Virus record (IMG/VR): IMGVR_UViG_3300042503_000983 | Coordinates: 8,943-72,942 of that record | Length of the DNA stretch: 64,000 bases | Source of the DNA: a virus | Direction: 5' to 3' (one strand) | Part shown: in pieces, positions 11,101 to 19,838 of the stretch | Layout: each line of letters begins with the position of its first letter | How positions within the stretch are numbered: the first letter of the stretch is position 1 | The notes under the pieces: model-generated | What the model was told of the DNA's origin: nothing | The model's database searches: none | What the model saw: only the letters and a program-made list of their open reading frames with translations | Position numbers and translations under genes: made by a program

Positions 11101-11532
11101 AGAAGGCAAGAGATTACAGAGTTAGTAAAAGAAGCAAGAGCCTCTACATCAAAAGCATTTTCTGGATATAACAGTGGAGGTCTTGTTGCAGGACCTGGAA
11201 ATACTGACAGTATATCTGCAATGCTCACCCCTGGAGAATTTGTAGTAAGAAGATCTATGGTGGATAAATATGGAATGTCACTGCTTGAAGCAATAAATAT
11301 GGGTGCTTTTAAAATGCCAAACATGCAGGAGCCTAAGTTTAGCTTTAGTGATTCTGGAAGATATGATACTGGAATTAGTGATGCAAGAGTTACTGAAACA
11401 ATGTATAATAATGTATATAACTTAAATGTTAATGTTGCTGGAACAGATGCCTCACCAGACGATATTGCAAATGTAGTTATGGCAAAGCTTTCACAGCAAA
11501 ATAGAGGAAATTTAAGGAGCAATAGATACTAA
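2125..11532 (+). CDS. Tape measure protein (3135 aa) with inserted domains
   Basis: Very long Ala-rich helical ORF after the chaperones; TMP-type N-terminal region, hydrophobic segments, three NTDT/SxxAMLTPGEFVV motifs. Confidence 0.9.
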   Translation: MAGVAKGIIDIQINTGSAAAELKKLQLQINSFNSALSKGNLAQAKFATDYTRDLSKAINSTGVFTSEFVKLNSAAANLDNTLKRGRGTLGQFFSSAFNRNSAAFAETMSLAARRASTLQTQFISTGASAQGMGEALAIRPLDAYASKAAIAAERQALLNTMFRQGTTHMINFGKNVQWAGRQLMVGFTVPLTVLGTVAGKTFMDIEKELVNLKKVYGDAFTTPEEVNQNIAQVRQLAEEYTKYGIAVKDTIGMAANAAASGARNADLIDATRQATRLATLGQMEQQEALKTTIALQSAFRLSGEDLADTINFLNMVENQTVVSLQDLSAAIPRVAPVIKGLGGDVRDMSVFLAAMQEGGVSAEQGANALKSGLASLINPTKAATETLGSFGINLDKIISTNRGDLMGTVFAFGEALKGLDDFSKQQALEKVFGKYQYARLGALFENIVRDGSQASQVLQLMEYDVAALKTTAEKELSAVENALGTQLIGAVERLKLSLEPIGEIFVKLAIPFVNFLTTIVEKFNGLSDGQKKFAAIAAVLVGVVIPAGTMFLGLLINLLGTLGKISHGIAIFVKSLIKGGPIAAIRTLTQSTKYLSIEELEAATAAKQLSSATHIAKAAMLEQATSTDIARIAVAKLTAEYRTLISAQAQAAAFNPAFKTAGMAGAAAGAGKTGSVTVRALRRNAGGPIFVSGETQVPGVGNTDTVPAMLTPGEFVVNKEATAKNYALLDAINSGNKFNKGGMIPGYNLGSMVLRNSQARNQAIKERYLRMFGPEAQAKGISLEERFGNLSLLSRQDRIKNQRALKPKNVTARRTSPNQQRAQQDVQEGPIRNVQSVGNAPQSVIDELTADLVALGAPANVMGEKARLITPTPRYKREGPALEGDTSYGKEFDFNNSLRRGVSNPNLGVARKEMEDLFALNPQLHGTSTPVSPFKHILDEANLDPAHYSRIDSALRSKAIEIVKRSPESHKFSDPEYGRIIVDSLRAANLSTILQERLLSTARIMNTEIGSRSMKRFEPYIKDSIRFSDTGGIHPKFEPVPNAPRGGTYIYTASDGTRVEINAGQSRPIPGRLSYSNQRYNAGRTYNNAHAEVQDFNAGGAVGGMQYFGRMMPNRVVAKNQFEKFSGTKIAESEGHSSRFRSLAGVYEVNGRKMFVKPFQTLQEAQAELIGNAARRAIAGTATPGSRIVRMDGPEGEIFATTAPMIPGMKSGSTLSTKELVKQIPASSMLGDMDATAGNIISTRGGRLATIDPGAAGVKLIRNSKGVFRRATGSEISFGNEATNTGAYTAKAITQVIEKTGASKDFVKMLGDSIAREKLTKAQFTKMYDDAVESAIARVSSFKLPSRIGDRSKLDELARASGYKNADEAYSAIMLRDLTSIRGLSGEIYTSASRFQGVLKANSGTLVPGVGNTDTVPAMLTPGEFVINKDATAKNLPLLQAINNGETRRYGLGDYVNPLGSLTNAQRIKGIRPSASYQQSRSATGYNVFSGMGSAEKIAPVQAALKTGPKYILDAYKESGKAISDAAKPMLTSFKDTSKSVANGANNLKNSIKDYGKWNVVPRMQDAKQAVANTRAAMGTPEAKALRAERMQKAGQGMMMASMIPMMASGFVEDPKQQQMMMAAGGAMAILPMLQQFGPILGGLTLAVGAAAAGFLMFKKDMDNTAKSAAEFGSNLGGAANRMETISAATGYGFASTRSSVQDFRFTEEQSQGAAEMMPFFDTDEGKKLVEDLKGASSEERYEKVASMLTFAIADGMDPKKAESFGSAIAFALDDSLLKSKTVALIRSGRLQSGSQAMISEISKRQAAADSSTVSDFEKAKAEEAKRNNTAGTSSNVKYGGIGLAAGLGAGVAIAASTAKLAAMGGAIGSVVPVVGTAVGAVAGAVVGLVAGIAVYNLAIKNQQKQVAESSKSFGATIQTLKELNNAESLLNEERSKGLITDTQFESSLKQINEMRQVEYERVKKAIDIGASADAQAQGIKDQLVLSGFKGDTAQAVASNVTTDSISNKLFQKDMDKLDQAQKDVVTGIMASTLDGITEENAGAKIGDITDIYAKIADELVTAAADGLTSEEIRAEAEKEQIRKFAESAASNLVNLTPEQQAARANTMASNVSAALPNVNKMGVTTSQLVSGISGVSAEDQAKITESTANVEKFAQLLNSLPEGYDLSLAMEYFSGDNKEQDVDAFYKTQKDAIDKIAELMPKGADAQAIYTALKGPGKDPVKELEAANKKAQEMFDSLGGDEAKVKSVVFESTGYDMTQAEVDAFGALPASEQKSYLASFTIATMSVGNAPTIPQSGAPAEMSAYYKRLEVWKKAVADQQKAIQSVIPQTVVNTDDNGSSSGGTKPPSKKAQAKTFLKDATTNNKVLKNYTNLVKGAATANNIEALSMIPQDVYMNLSTENRKKLIKEMQKQIAYQQRLNAVTVLAETQKATADMKKYSKALNSLGVVITSDIEGMIDQKAFLAMTTEERKAYIAELNKQSVAQAKLAATMALADAKKQTSDMQKYSAALGGLGVAISSDIEGMIDQKAFLAMNTAQRKAYIAELNKQTLAQAKLAAAMEITDMQQQTQEMQNYFNAISPIAAAAGAEVLGMIDTEKYLAMTTTQREEYVKQLTSQLNVQRALDYLTQTSQERTMDAIDAESSAINIKNSALQNSLSGMERENELIQRQISLRNHALDLLAKEEEKINTTYDDRVKALDKVANANDRIAQKDRSRLDLASALASGDISAAAGAASAMQQEEAQFRIEDARAALEAKRQKELESLTVSVNGVMMTRKQITEQISQFGETIYKNEQDMILIQDQLYANSLAQKVLDDQRMKLEQQVLLIKMRQNIEALRAQGLTGQALIDFQNYIDAYNTLQAAAAAADIGNPGAAANTTLGAGGGGGAAAVIAAPTPVAAVTPVTPPPPPPPPPPPPPPPPPPPPPPPPPPPPVYSYYTKAQFNAGIKDSKVSYGNGSEQHYIARKLGYSNPTARTVKADEMDNVYWALSEARRQEITELVKEARASTSKAFSGYNSGGLVAGPGNTDSISAMLTPGEFVVRRSMVDKYGMSLLEAINMGAFKMPNMQEPKFSFSDSGRYDTGISDARVTETMYNNVYNLNVNVAGTDASPDDIANVVMAKLSQQNRGNLRSNRY
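10840..10923 (+). repeat. CCN repeat encoding 28 consecutive prolines
   Basis: Counted in frame: CCA/CCG/CCT codons x28. Confidence 0.95.
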
Positions 11533-12170
11533 TGGTTAGTAGTGCATATTTAAATTCTAGAAAAAAGTGGGAAAGACCACAAGCAATTATTTTTTCAAAT
11601 AACTCTGGAGGAATTTTAAATGGTGTTCCACAAATTTCTGGAGTTGAAGGACAAGACTTCTTAATACTTTCTGACCATAATAGAAGTGACATTTCTTTTA
11701 ATGCTAATAGAATTGAAAGTAAAAAAAGAATGGTAAATGGTCATATGCGTTCTTATCATATTGCAGATAAGATGGAGATATCTTTTTCTTATGACATGCT
11801 TCCTTCAAGATCTTACAGCAAAGATCCAGAGTTTGATGAAAATGGAATTCAAACATCAGACTCTTTGGTTCCAGATACTCCAAAAAATCCAAGACTATTT
11901 CCAGCAGAGCACACCTTGATAGAATATACAGCAGATGGCGGTGCTGGAGGATCAGAGCTATTAGAATGGTACAAAACAAATCCAGGATCATTTTATGCAT
12001 TTTTATCTTACGACAAGCCTCAAAGTTTTACTGTTGGAAAATATACTAGTTTAAATAAGTATTCAGAAGTGTTAGAAGTATTTTTCTCAGACTTTAGTTA
12101 CAACGTTGTCAAAAGAGGTGGGTCTAATCACGATCTATGGGACATATCTATTTCTATTGAGGAGGTATAA
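11532..12170 (+). CDS. Minor tail protein (distal-tail-like)
   Basis: Immediately follows the TMP with TAATG coupling; size fits a Dit-type protein. Confidence 0.55.
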   Translation: MVSSAYLNSRKKWERPQAIIFSNNSGGILNGVPQISGVEGQDFLILSDHNRSDISFNANRIESKKRMVNGHMRSYHIADKMEISFSYDMLPSRSYSKDPEFDENGIQTSDSLVPDTPKNPRLFPAEHTLIEYTADGGAGGSELLEWYKTNPGSFYAFLSYDKPQSFTVGKYTSLNKYSEVLEVFFSDFSYNVVKRGGSNHDLWDISISIEEV

Positions 12171-15100
12171 TGTTTTCAGATAATGATTTAATTAACCATC
12201 TTAAAACAAAGAATAGTGTATCCATAGATTCCTTGGTTATTGCAGAGTGGAATCAAAATGATTTTACTAACCTTGAAAACTATGGTAACTATAGGTTTAG
12301 ACCAGATGGATCAGATGTAGTATATAGAAATATTTATCCAGAATATGATCCACAAGATGTTGTAAATTCTTATACCAATGCCTTGGATTCAAACTACATT
12401 TCTGAATATAAAACAGAAGACCCAGATGAGCCAGTTACTTTTATTACAAAAGAAAGTGATAGAGAATCTTACTACTCTTTAAAGGATTGCATTAAGCCTT
12501 TTAGACCTAGATCTGGAATCAACAAGATGTTGTATTTTGGAGAGTCTAATATTAATAATACCAAGTTTGTTGACAGCTTTAGATCTGGAAGAAGACCAAG
12601 GTATTATTTTTCTTCAAGGTTTGACAACTTTAAATACTGGAACTCTTATAGAAAAGAATCTGGTCAAGAGTTTGGAATATCTAGTCAGGTTGCTACATTT
12701 TTTACCACTGATAATCCTTCTTACAAAATAAAAGACTGTGCCCCATTTGTTACTTACAAAAACAAGGTAGCTACAAATAGAATAGTCGTAAAGATGCAAA
12801 CTAATCTAGCTGATCCAGCAGCAGTTGGTGTTAATGGAGACTCTCTAGTTCCTGAAGAAATTAGAAGAAACAATTCTTTAATAGCAGATCCAATGAAAGA
12901 TATATCAAAATCTTCTGTTCCAAAAAAATGGAAAATACAATACCTTGATGAAAACAATAACTGGGCTGACGCAATACAGTTTGATGAAACGTCTACTAGA
13001 AGAGATGGGTCAAGAATTGTTCCTTGGGATGGATATGTAGAAGTATATTATGGAATAAAAATTCCAGAAAGATTTAGAACAAACTTTAACCTATATAGCT
13101 ATTTAGATTCTTTTGATCAATTACCAGACACTAGTTTGTACAATTTTTCTAACAATACAAGAGATGGAGATGCATATATAGTTGGAGCCTCATCAACTAA
13201 TGCAGGAACTCTTTATGTTTGGAGCCAGGAAGATGAAGAGTGGGCAGACTATGATGTAGAATATGGATTTTCACTATTAGAAGATGACGATACAAAAAGG
13301 CTTGGACTAGTTAAAAAAATATTAAATCCAGAATACTTTAACATTGAAGGTACTGACATCTATAGAGAATTTGCCTTTGTTAAGGGAATTAGGCTAGTTG
13401 TTGAAACTATGTATGCTCCAAATAAAACTTTTGATTTAATTGAAATATCTCCAAGACTAAAGGTTAACATAACTGATTATGTTTTAGATTATGAAATTAC
13501 TAAAAACATTATGGCAACAGACTATGGTCTTCCCGTTGGAGGTCTTGTTGCTTCAACTGGAAACGTATCCTTGTCAAACCATGACGGATCTTTTACAGAG
13601 TTAAATGTTTTTGACGAAGAGGATAAAACTGGGAGCATTATTGCAAACAATCTTAAGCCACAAATTAAATTTGACTTTTATGAAGCAGTTCTTAATGTTA
13701 ATGGATATGATAAATTTATTCCACTAAAAACATTTTACTCAGAAAATGCAGCTATTGCAACCAGTGGCATGGAAGATATATCTTTAGACTTAAGAGATGC
13801 ATATTTTATTCTAGAATCAAATAAAGCTGCACCAATATTTTTACAAAATTGTACCCTAACCATGGCAGCAGCACTTCTTCTTGATAACATAGGTTTTAGT
13901 AACTATGTCTTTAAAAATATAACCTCTGTAAACGATCCTGTAATACCTTTTTTCTTTGTTGAACCAGACACTTCAGTTTCAGAAATTTTACAAAGACTAG
14001 CACAGTCTACTCAAACTGCAATGTTTTTTGACGAGTACAATAACTTTGTTATCATGCCAAAAGAATATTTGATGCCAGACATCTCTATTAGAGATAATAA
14101 TTTAGCAATATCAGAAAGACTCACAAACTTATATGGTCAAAAAACTGATAACTTTGTTCCAAATATTGAGGCTATTGCAGGATTTGAAACAAACATTTTA
14201 AACGATGGTCAAATTAACTACACTACTAGATATATTCAAAGAGAAGTTTCAAGACTAGAGCAAGCAAGTCTTAGCCTAAGTGAAAGAACCTATGGATATA
14301 AGAGCTCTATCCTTTGGGAGCTTGGAGATCAAAAAGAATTAAGAACTATAAATCAGCCAACCGCTAATACAGGGTATGCACTTGGAGCTGTAACTTTAAA
14401 TACAAGCTTACCAGACTTTGCTCCGTATGTAAGAAATCATCAAATTGTAAACAACACAATTGATGTTGGAGAAAGTGCGTTTTGGCTACCAAGGTTTCAA
14501 GGATACTTGTATGCAAATGGAGAAATTATAAGATATGATGCTCAACAGTATCACGTTGATGCCCCGTCTGCTTCTGCTACAAATGGTCTTGTTTGGATAA
14601 CAAGTAATAATGAGTATCAAAAGTATTTTTCAAACTTGGTATTTAATGGAAAAATGACTCTTACAGGGCTGCTTAGAATCTATACAGAACCTTACTACGA
14701 GAATGCTTCTGGATCAAATTTTGAGAACCTTGAAGAAAATGTTAGATATAAAAACGGAGATGTTAGGTCTCATGGTAGAGGTCAGTTTGGTACTGGAATA
14801 GTAAATCACTTTGCAGGACTAAATCCTTACTGGGAAGATCCAGACAATAGAAGGTCTTTTAGAATGGACTCAGGAAATATTTATAGCACTATTCCTGCAA
14901 AATTTTTTCCCAACTTGGAACTTGAAGTGCCAATTACAACTATAATACCTTATGAATTTTATACAGACAGTGAGTTTGTTCAAGGTATTTTAAATCCTAG
15001 ACTATCCTATGGAAGAGGAAGTGAGCAGCACTATATTGCCAAAGCAATGGGATACACTGATCCATTAGCATACAGCGTAAGGGCTGCAGAAATGGTAGGG

Positions 15101-17026
15101 GTATATAGAAATTTAAGCCCTTATAGAAAAAATGTAATTACTGGAATGATAATAAGGGCTAATTCTAGTACACAAAATGTTTTTGGATACATGTCAGGAT
15201 TTAATATGACTCAAATTTCTGATGAGCCACCAAGGTACAACTACGCCATGCCACTTGGAGATGATCCAATTTCTAAAAGCCAATCCCTAGTTCATGGAAA
15301 AATTGCAAACTTTATGAAACAATCAACAAGAACAGAAGGATTTTCTAGCTATAGTCAGCAAGACACTGCTGGAATTCAGTCCTCAGCTTTAGTTTTTTCA
15401 GGACCATATCCAGTACCATCTTTAGCAAACCCAGTATTTAACAGAACAGAACTATCTGCTACTACTGAAACAGATTTAGTAAACTATGTTTATAAAAGTT
15501 TAGATACAGATTATACTCATGTTGGAACTAGAATGAGAATTATTGGAAAACAAAAAGATGACGATACTCAGTCTGCTTTAAATTCTATAAAACTATTTGA
15601 TATTGATCAAAATAGTTCCACAGGAGGATTAAATGTAAAAGAGCTTTCTGGTGGAGCTGGAGGAATTGGATACATGCTAGATCCAATAACAAACTCTGGA
15701 TACTACCTTGAAATTGCATCCCTTTCTTCAGATGTTTTAAAAGAGTTTACTAATAGTGGCTCAGTATCTTCTGGCTCAGTATCTTCTGGCTCAGTATCTT
15801 CTGGCTCAGTATCATATGAACCAGTTATTGAAAACATAATTTTTTATAAAGTTGAAAATAGACCATACCTTAGACAGAAAACTGGAAAAACAAATATTGC
15901 AGTTCCTAAAAAGCTTTGGGGGTCTCTTGCAAGAATTCTTGTAGATGAAGGAAAGTTTATAGGATCTGACAGGGCAACTTCTCAAGAAATTCCAGTGTAC
16001 GATCTATCTTTGGATGTACAAATTTCTAGAAATGGATCAAGAATATCAAGAATAGATTTTTCCATATACTTAAACAATGTATTAATTGGAATAGTAAGTG
16101 ACGAAACTCCATTACAAATGCCAGTTGATGGATTAAAAACTGGACTATTTACTAGAGGTTCAAGCAGATGTATGTTTGAAAATATTTATGCCCTAAAGAA
16201 TATAAAAGAAAACGACACCCCTTTGCTTGAAAAAATTGAAGGAGCATTTTCTGCAGAATCTCTGAGAAAGTATTCCCTTCCAGCAGCAATTCAAAGAACA
16301 TACATGTCTTCCATTGGAACAGAGACAAGACCAACTGTAGATTTTTATTTTGAAGAGTTTGGCACAATTTTAAGAGAATGTGCATATTTTAATATTAAGT
16401 ATGACCAAGCTTATCCAGCATTAATTGCAAAAATAGTTCCCCCATTTACTGTTGAAAAATCATATGAAATTTCTGGATTTTTGCCAGGATCATATGGAGC
16501 AGAGTTTTTATTATTCAATACAACAGACAAGGCAATAGACTTGAGTGAAAATTCTACCAATAGAATTATGATTCAAGGAATAACTTTTACTCAAAATATA
16601 TCAAATGTCCTTACTGTAGACGATTACTTTAAGGAACTATCGAACTTCTCTGATCCAGTTATTACAGAAAATAATTTAATAATTTCTCCAGAAAGGTCAG
16701 AAAAAATTTATGATAACATTAAGAACAGTAGGGCTATTTATGGAAACAAATCATTTTCTTTAGATTCTGTTTATATTCAAAATGAAGACTCTGCAAAAGA
16801 TGTTATGAAGTGGATTCTAGATAAAACTATTAAACCAAGAAAGGTTTTTGAAATAGATACTTTTGGAACTTCTCATATACAACTTGGAGATATCGTTAAG
16901 ATAGATTTTGACTTACCAGAAGGAGTTAAGCTAGTGGATGAGAACAAGAAGTTTGTAGTAATATCTGCTACATACAACAGATCTTCTTCGGATGTTCAAA
17001 GTCAATTAAGGTTGATGGAGGTTTAA
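12170..17026 (+). CDS. Large minor tail / baseplate hub protein (1618 aa)
   Basis: Position; C-terminal IQLGDIVKID...FVVISATYNR motif resembles tail hub proteins. Confidence 0.65.
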   Translation: MFSDNDLINHLKTKNSVSIDSLVIAEWNQNDFTNLENYGNYRFRPDGSDVVYRNIYPEYDPQDVVNSYTNALDSNYISEYKTEDPDEPVTFITKESDRESYYSLKDCIKPFRPRSGINKMLYFGESNINNTKFVDSFRSGRRPRYYFSSRFDNFKYWNSYRKESGQEFGISSQVATFFTTDNPSYKIKDCAPFVTYKNKVATNRIVVKMQTNLADPAAVGVNGDSLVPEEIRRNNSLIADPMKDISKSSVPKKWKIQYLDENNNWADAIQFDETSTRRDGSRIVPWDGYVEVYYGIKIPERFRTNFNLYSYLDSFDQLPDTSLYNFSNNTRDGDAYIVGASSTNAGTLYVWSQEDEEWADYDVEYGFSLLEDDDTKRLGLVKKILNPEYFNIEGTDIYREFAFVKGIRLVVETMYAPNKTFDLIEISPRLKVNITDYVLDYEITKNIMATDYGLPVGGLVASTGNVSLSNHDGSFTELNVFDEEDKTGSIIANNLKPQIKFDFYEAVLNVNGYDKFIPLKTFYSENAAIATSGMEDISLDLRDAYFILESNKAAPIFLQNCTLTMAAALLLDNIGFSNYVFKNITSVNDPVIPFFFVEPDTSVSEILQRLAQSTQTAMFFDEYNNFVIMPKEYLMPDISIRDNNLAISERLTNLYGQKTDNFVPNIEAIAGFETNILNDGQINYTTRYIQREVSRLEQASLSLSERTYGYKSSILWELGDQKELRTINQPTANTGYALGAVTLNTSLPDFAPYVRNHQIVNNTIDVGESAFWLPRFQGYLYANGEIIRYDAQQYHVDAPSASATNGLVWITSNNEYQKYFSNLVFNGKMTLTGLLRIYTEPYYENASGSNFENLEENVRYKNGDVRSHGRGQFGTGIVNHFAGLNPYWEDPDNRRSFRMDSGNIYSTIPAKFFPNLELEVPITTIIPYEFYTDSEFVQGILNPRLSYGRGSEQHYIAKAMGYTDPLAYSVRAAEMVGVYRNLSPYRKNVITGMIIRANSSTQNVFGYMSGFNMTQISDEPPRYNYAMPLGDDPISKSQSLVHGKIANFMKQSTRTEGFSSYSQQDTAGIQSSALVFSGPYPVPSLANPVFNRTELSATTETDLVNYVYKSLDTDYTHVGTRMRIIGKQKDDDTQSALNSIKLFDIDQNSSTGGLNVKELSGGAGGIGYMLDPITNSGYYLEIASLSSDVLKEFTNSGSVSSGSVSSGSVSSGSVSYEPVIENIIFYKVENRPYLRQKTGKTNIAVPKKLWGSLARILVDEGKFIGSDRATSQEIPVYDLSLDVQISRNGSRISRIDFSIYLNNVLIGIVSDETPLQMPVDGLKTGLFTRGSSRCMFENIYALKNIKENDTPLLEKIEGAFSAESLRKYSLPAAIQRTYMSSIGTETRPTVDFYFEEFGTILRECAYFNIKYDQAYPALIAKIVPPFTVEKSYEISGFLPGSYGAEFLLFNTTDKAIDLSENSTNRIMIQGITFTQNISNVLTVDDYFKELSNFSDPVITENNLIISPERSEKIYDNIKNSRAIYGNKSFSLDSVYIQNEDSAKDVMKWILDKTIKPRKVFEIDTFGTSHIQLGDIVKIDFDLPEGVKLVDENKKFVVISATYNRSSSDVQSQLRLMEV
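15757..15813 (+). repeat. 15-bp tandem repeat (TGGCTCAGTATCTTC x3.8) encoding (SGSVS)4
   Basis: Read directly from the sequence. Confidence 0.9.
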
Positions 17027-17028
17027 AC

Positions 17029-17595
17029 ATGTCAACTTCTGTAAACTCTGCATCCCCTATGTCAGCCAACCCTTCGCCAACAACTACAAGCTCAACATCT
17101 GGTCAAAATGCTGTAAAAACTCCAACTAGAAATATTACTGACATAGCTTCCTTAGTTCCACAATATGATGCAGAATATATACAACAAGTACTTTTTGAAA
17201 ATCTTTCAGCTATAGAATTGTCAAGAGTTGAAAGACACGACACTATTGAAGGAATTAATCAAAGATATTCAATTATTTCTAATCTATCTGAAATAAGAAA
17301 AAAGTACGAAGCAACAAAGCAGCTTACCATCATGGATAAGTTTCAGCCATTGACAGGAATTTATACAATAAATATTCAAGATAAAATTCCTCAAGAAGAT
17401 TATATAATTTTGCAAGATCTTAATGCAGAGTATCAATATTTAGACGAGAATAACCTAGTTGTTTCTCGTGAAAAAGGATACTATTACTTTGATAGGAATG
17501 GAGATCTTGTTATAGACCTTATAAATCTAGAAAAAAATCAACAGGTAGAAATTTTAATAGACACAAATGGTACAATATATAGGGTGGAATCATGA
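17029..17595 (+). CDS. Virion structural protein (hypothetical)
   Basis: ORF in tail module. Confidence 0.5.
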   Translation: MSTSVNSASPMSANPSPTTTSSTSGQNAVKTPTRNITDIASLVPQYDAEYIQQVLFENLSAIELSRVERHDTIEGINQRYSIISNLSEIRKKYEATKQLTIMDKFQPLTGIYTINIQDKIPQEDYIILQDLNAEYQYLDENNLVVSREKGYYYFDRNGDLVIDLINLEKNQQVEILIDTNGTIYRVES

Positions 17596-18758
17596 TTACA
17601 ACAGATGGAAAAAATATTGTAGCTAAATATCTTTTAAACCAGGCTCCAGAATTTGCAAGTCACATTGCGATAGGAGTTGGTGGAAATGCTATTGCTACAT
17701 CAGATACAGAGACTACTTTCTCTCCAACTGCAGAGTCTTTAGAATTTGAGGTTGCAAGAGTTCCAATTTTGTCAAAAGGTCTCTTAAGAGAAGATGGACA
17801 AGAAAAAATTGTTTTTAAAGCAGAGCTTCCTATTGAGCAAAGATATCAAATTACTGAAATTGGATTATATCCAGCAGCTAAAAATGCTGTGGCAGGAAAT
17901 TTTGACAGTAGAATTATTTCAACTTTTAACAACACTGAGCCATGGACATACTCTAATAGTGTTAATGACTCTGGAACTATTCTTTACATTGGACCAGTTC
18001 CCATTGATCCAGTAAATATTGGAGACATAAATGTTTCTAATGAGTCCTGGGATGACTTTGTTTTTATAAATAGCAACTCTTCAATATTTGAATACTCAGA
18101 TAGAATTAATAGAGGAGAGCAGCCAAGATATCTGAATAGAAGTATGATGGTTTCTGGAGACACCTCTACTGTTACAGGAACTTCAGGATCAGCTTCTTTA
18201 ATAAACGTTTCTAGCAGTACTTCTTATTATATTGAAAACAATTCCATTAACTTAAACTTGGGAAAAAATCTTCCTACTGATAAAATAAAATTAGCATTTT
18301 CAGTAGTAAGCATTGCAAGAGAAGAGGTAGAAGCTCTTCCTCCAAGCAATGTTAAAATTAGATTAGAATTTTTAAATAACTTAGGACCTTCTATAGCAAA
18401 GTCTTATGTAAATATTGTGCTAACAGATGAAGATTTAAAAGCTCTTGATGAAGATAGAGAAATGAGATATCAAGTTGTTACAAAAAATCTTTCCGAATTT
18501 ACTACTACTGAAAATTTCTCATGGTCATCAATAACTGGTATAAGAATATATACATGTATTCATGATGATGAAAATATTGAAACTGGAGAACACTACGTTT
18601 TATATGACGGTATAAGATTTGAAAATACTTCTAGTTACAACCCCCTTTACTCCTTGGTAGCTGCTGAATATATCAAAACATTGGATCAAAATCCAGTTTT
18701 AAAGAAAGAAAACTCTATAAGTTATATAGAGTATAGGTTTGGCATAGGAGTTTCCTAG
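17592..18758 (+). CDS. Minor tail/baseplate protein
   Basis: MITTDGKNIVAKYL...LEFEVARVPI...ITEIGLY resembles baseplate/fibre-attachment N-termini. Confidence 0.55.
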   Translation: MITTDGKNIVAKYLLNQAPEFASHIAIGVGGNAIATSDTETTFSPTAESLEFEVARVPILSKGLLREDGQEKIVFKAELPIEQRYQITEIGLYPAAKNAVAGNFDSRIISTFNNTEPWTYSNSVNDSGTILYIGPVPIDPVNIGDINVSNESWDDFVFINSNSSIFEYSDRINRGEQPRYLNRSMMVSGDTSTVTGTSGSASLINVSSSTSYYIENNSINLNLGKNLPTDKIKLAFSVVSIAREEVEALPPSNVKIRLEFLNNLGPSIAKSYVNIVLTDEDLKALDEDREMRYQVVTKNLSEFTTTENFSWSSITGIRIYTCIHDDENIETGEHYVLYDGIRFENTSSYNPLYSLVAAEYIKTLDQNPVLKKENSISYIEYRFGIGVS

Positions 18759-19372
18759 TGGCAGAAATAAGAATTCCTGTAGAAAAATTGCCTCCTCCAG
18801 ATAAGAATGGAGACCATGCAATTCAATTTAGAGTAATATCTGTAGATAAAAACCAGTGGTCAGCTTGGTCTCAACTTTATATTCTTAAAAGTATTGGGCA
18901 ATATAGACCTTTAGAGTCAGATATTGTTGCAATTATTTCTGATGATGAAGTTACTTTAACTTGGGATACTCCAACTATATATAATTACGATGGAACTTCA
19001 GATGCAGTTGTAATACAGGAAGACGAAAGCGTTCTTGTAAATTCTGCATCAGTTGTTGTTCACAATCATTCTCAAAACTATAAACAGCACGATACAGATG
19101 TTTTTGTTCAGTGGGGAGGATCAGCAATGGGTAATTTTCAATATCACGACAGAGTTTCTGCTGATACTACTAGCATTGTTATTCCAAACGAGTCTGCTTC
19201 TGTAAGAGTTTTTGGCGTAGTTGCTTTAAAAGATATACCTCAGCCATACACCTTTGAAGCATCTGCTAGTTATCAAGAAAGACTTGACGAGTATCTTGGA
19301 ATATCTGGATCAACTCAAGGAGTCTATGATTTGTTTAAAGTTTTTGATACAGGAGTTCAGTCACTAAGCTGA
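18758..19372 (+). CDS. Minor tail protein with FN3/Ig-like features
   Basis: FRVISVDKNQWSAWS and VTLTWDTP motifs. Confidence 0.5.
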   Translation: MAEIRIPVEKLPPPDKNGDHAIQFRVISVDKNQWSAWSQLYILKSIGQYRPLESDIVAIISDDEVTLTWDTPTIYNYDGTSDAVVIQEDESVLVNSASVVVHNHSQNYKQHDTDVFVQWGGSAMGNFQYHDRVSADTTSIVIPNESASVRVFGVVALKDIPQPYTFEASASYQERLDEYLGISGSTQGVYDLFKVFDTGVQSLS

Positions 19373-19394
19373 TATAATTAAGTAGGAGAAAAAA

Positions 19395-19829
19395 ATGGCA
19401 CAAATTGAAACACCAGATAGAGGTCAACCACTTGACATATCTTATCTATATAGAATAGTTAATGAAATAAACAATGTTTCTTCATTAATTGGCAGAACTA
19501 TTTCAAAAATTAAGTACAGAGATACGGCTACTCCATCTCTCGTACCAACATCAAGCTTAACTTTTTATGCAGAAACACAAAAAATTATTGATGCTAACCT
19601 GTCTGTTCAGCCAAATGCTCCAGCCTCATTTGACTACTCTGGAATATTTAGAACCACTCCAATCGTTATTTGTTCAGTAACCTCTGTACTTGGTGTTTCC
19701 AATCTTTATGCAGTTTTGAGTGGAGTTACACAAAACTCTTGCCAGGTAAATGTTTTCTCATCTTCAACAAGTGGTGCTTTTTCTGCAGATGTTTCCATCT
19801 TGGTAATTGGTGAAAGAATTAGTTCTTAG
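19395..19829 (+). CDS. Minor tail protein
   Basis: End of the tail module; FRTTPIVICS beta-rich C-terminus. Confidence 0.45.
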   Translation: MAQIETPDRGQPLDISYLYRIVNEINNVSSLIGRTISKIKYRDTATPSLVPTSSLTFYAETQKIIDANLSVQPNAPASFDYSGIFRTTPIVICSVTSVLGVSNLYAVLSGVTQNSCQVNVFSSSTSGAFSADVSILVIGERISS

Positions 19830-19838
19830 GCAGATAAA

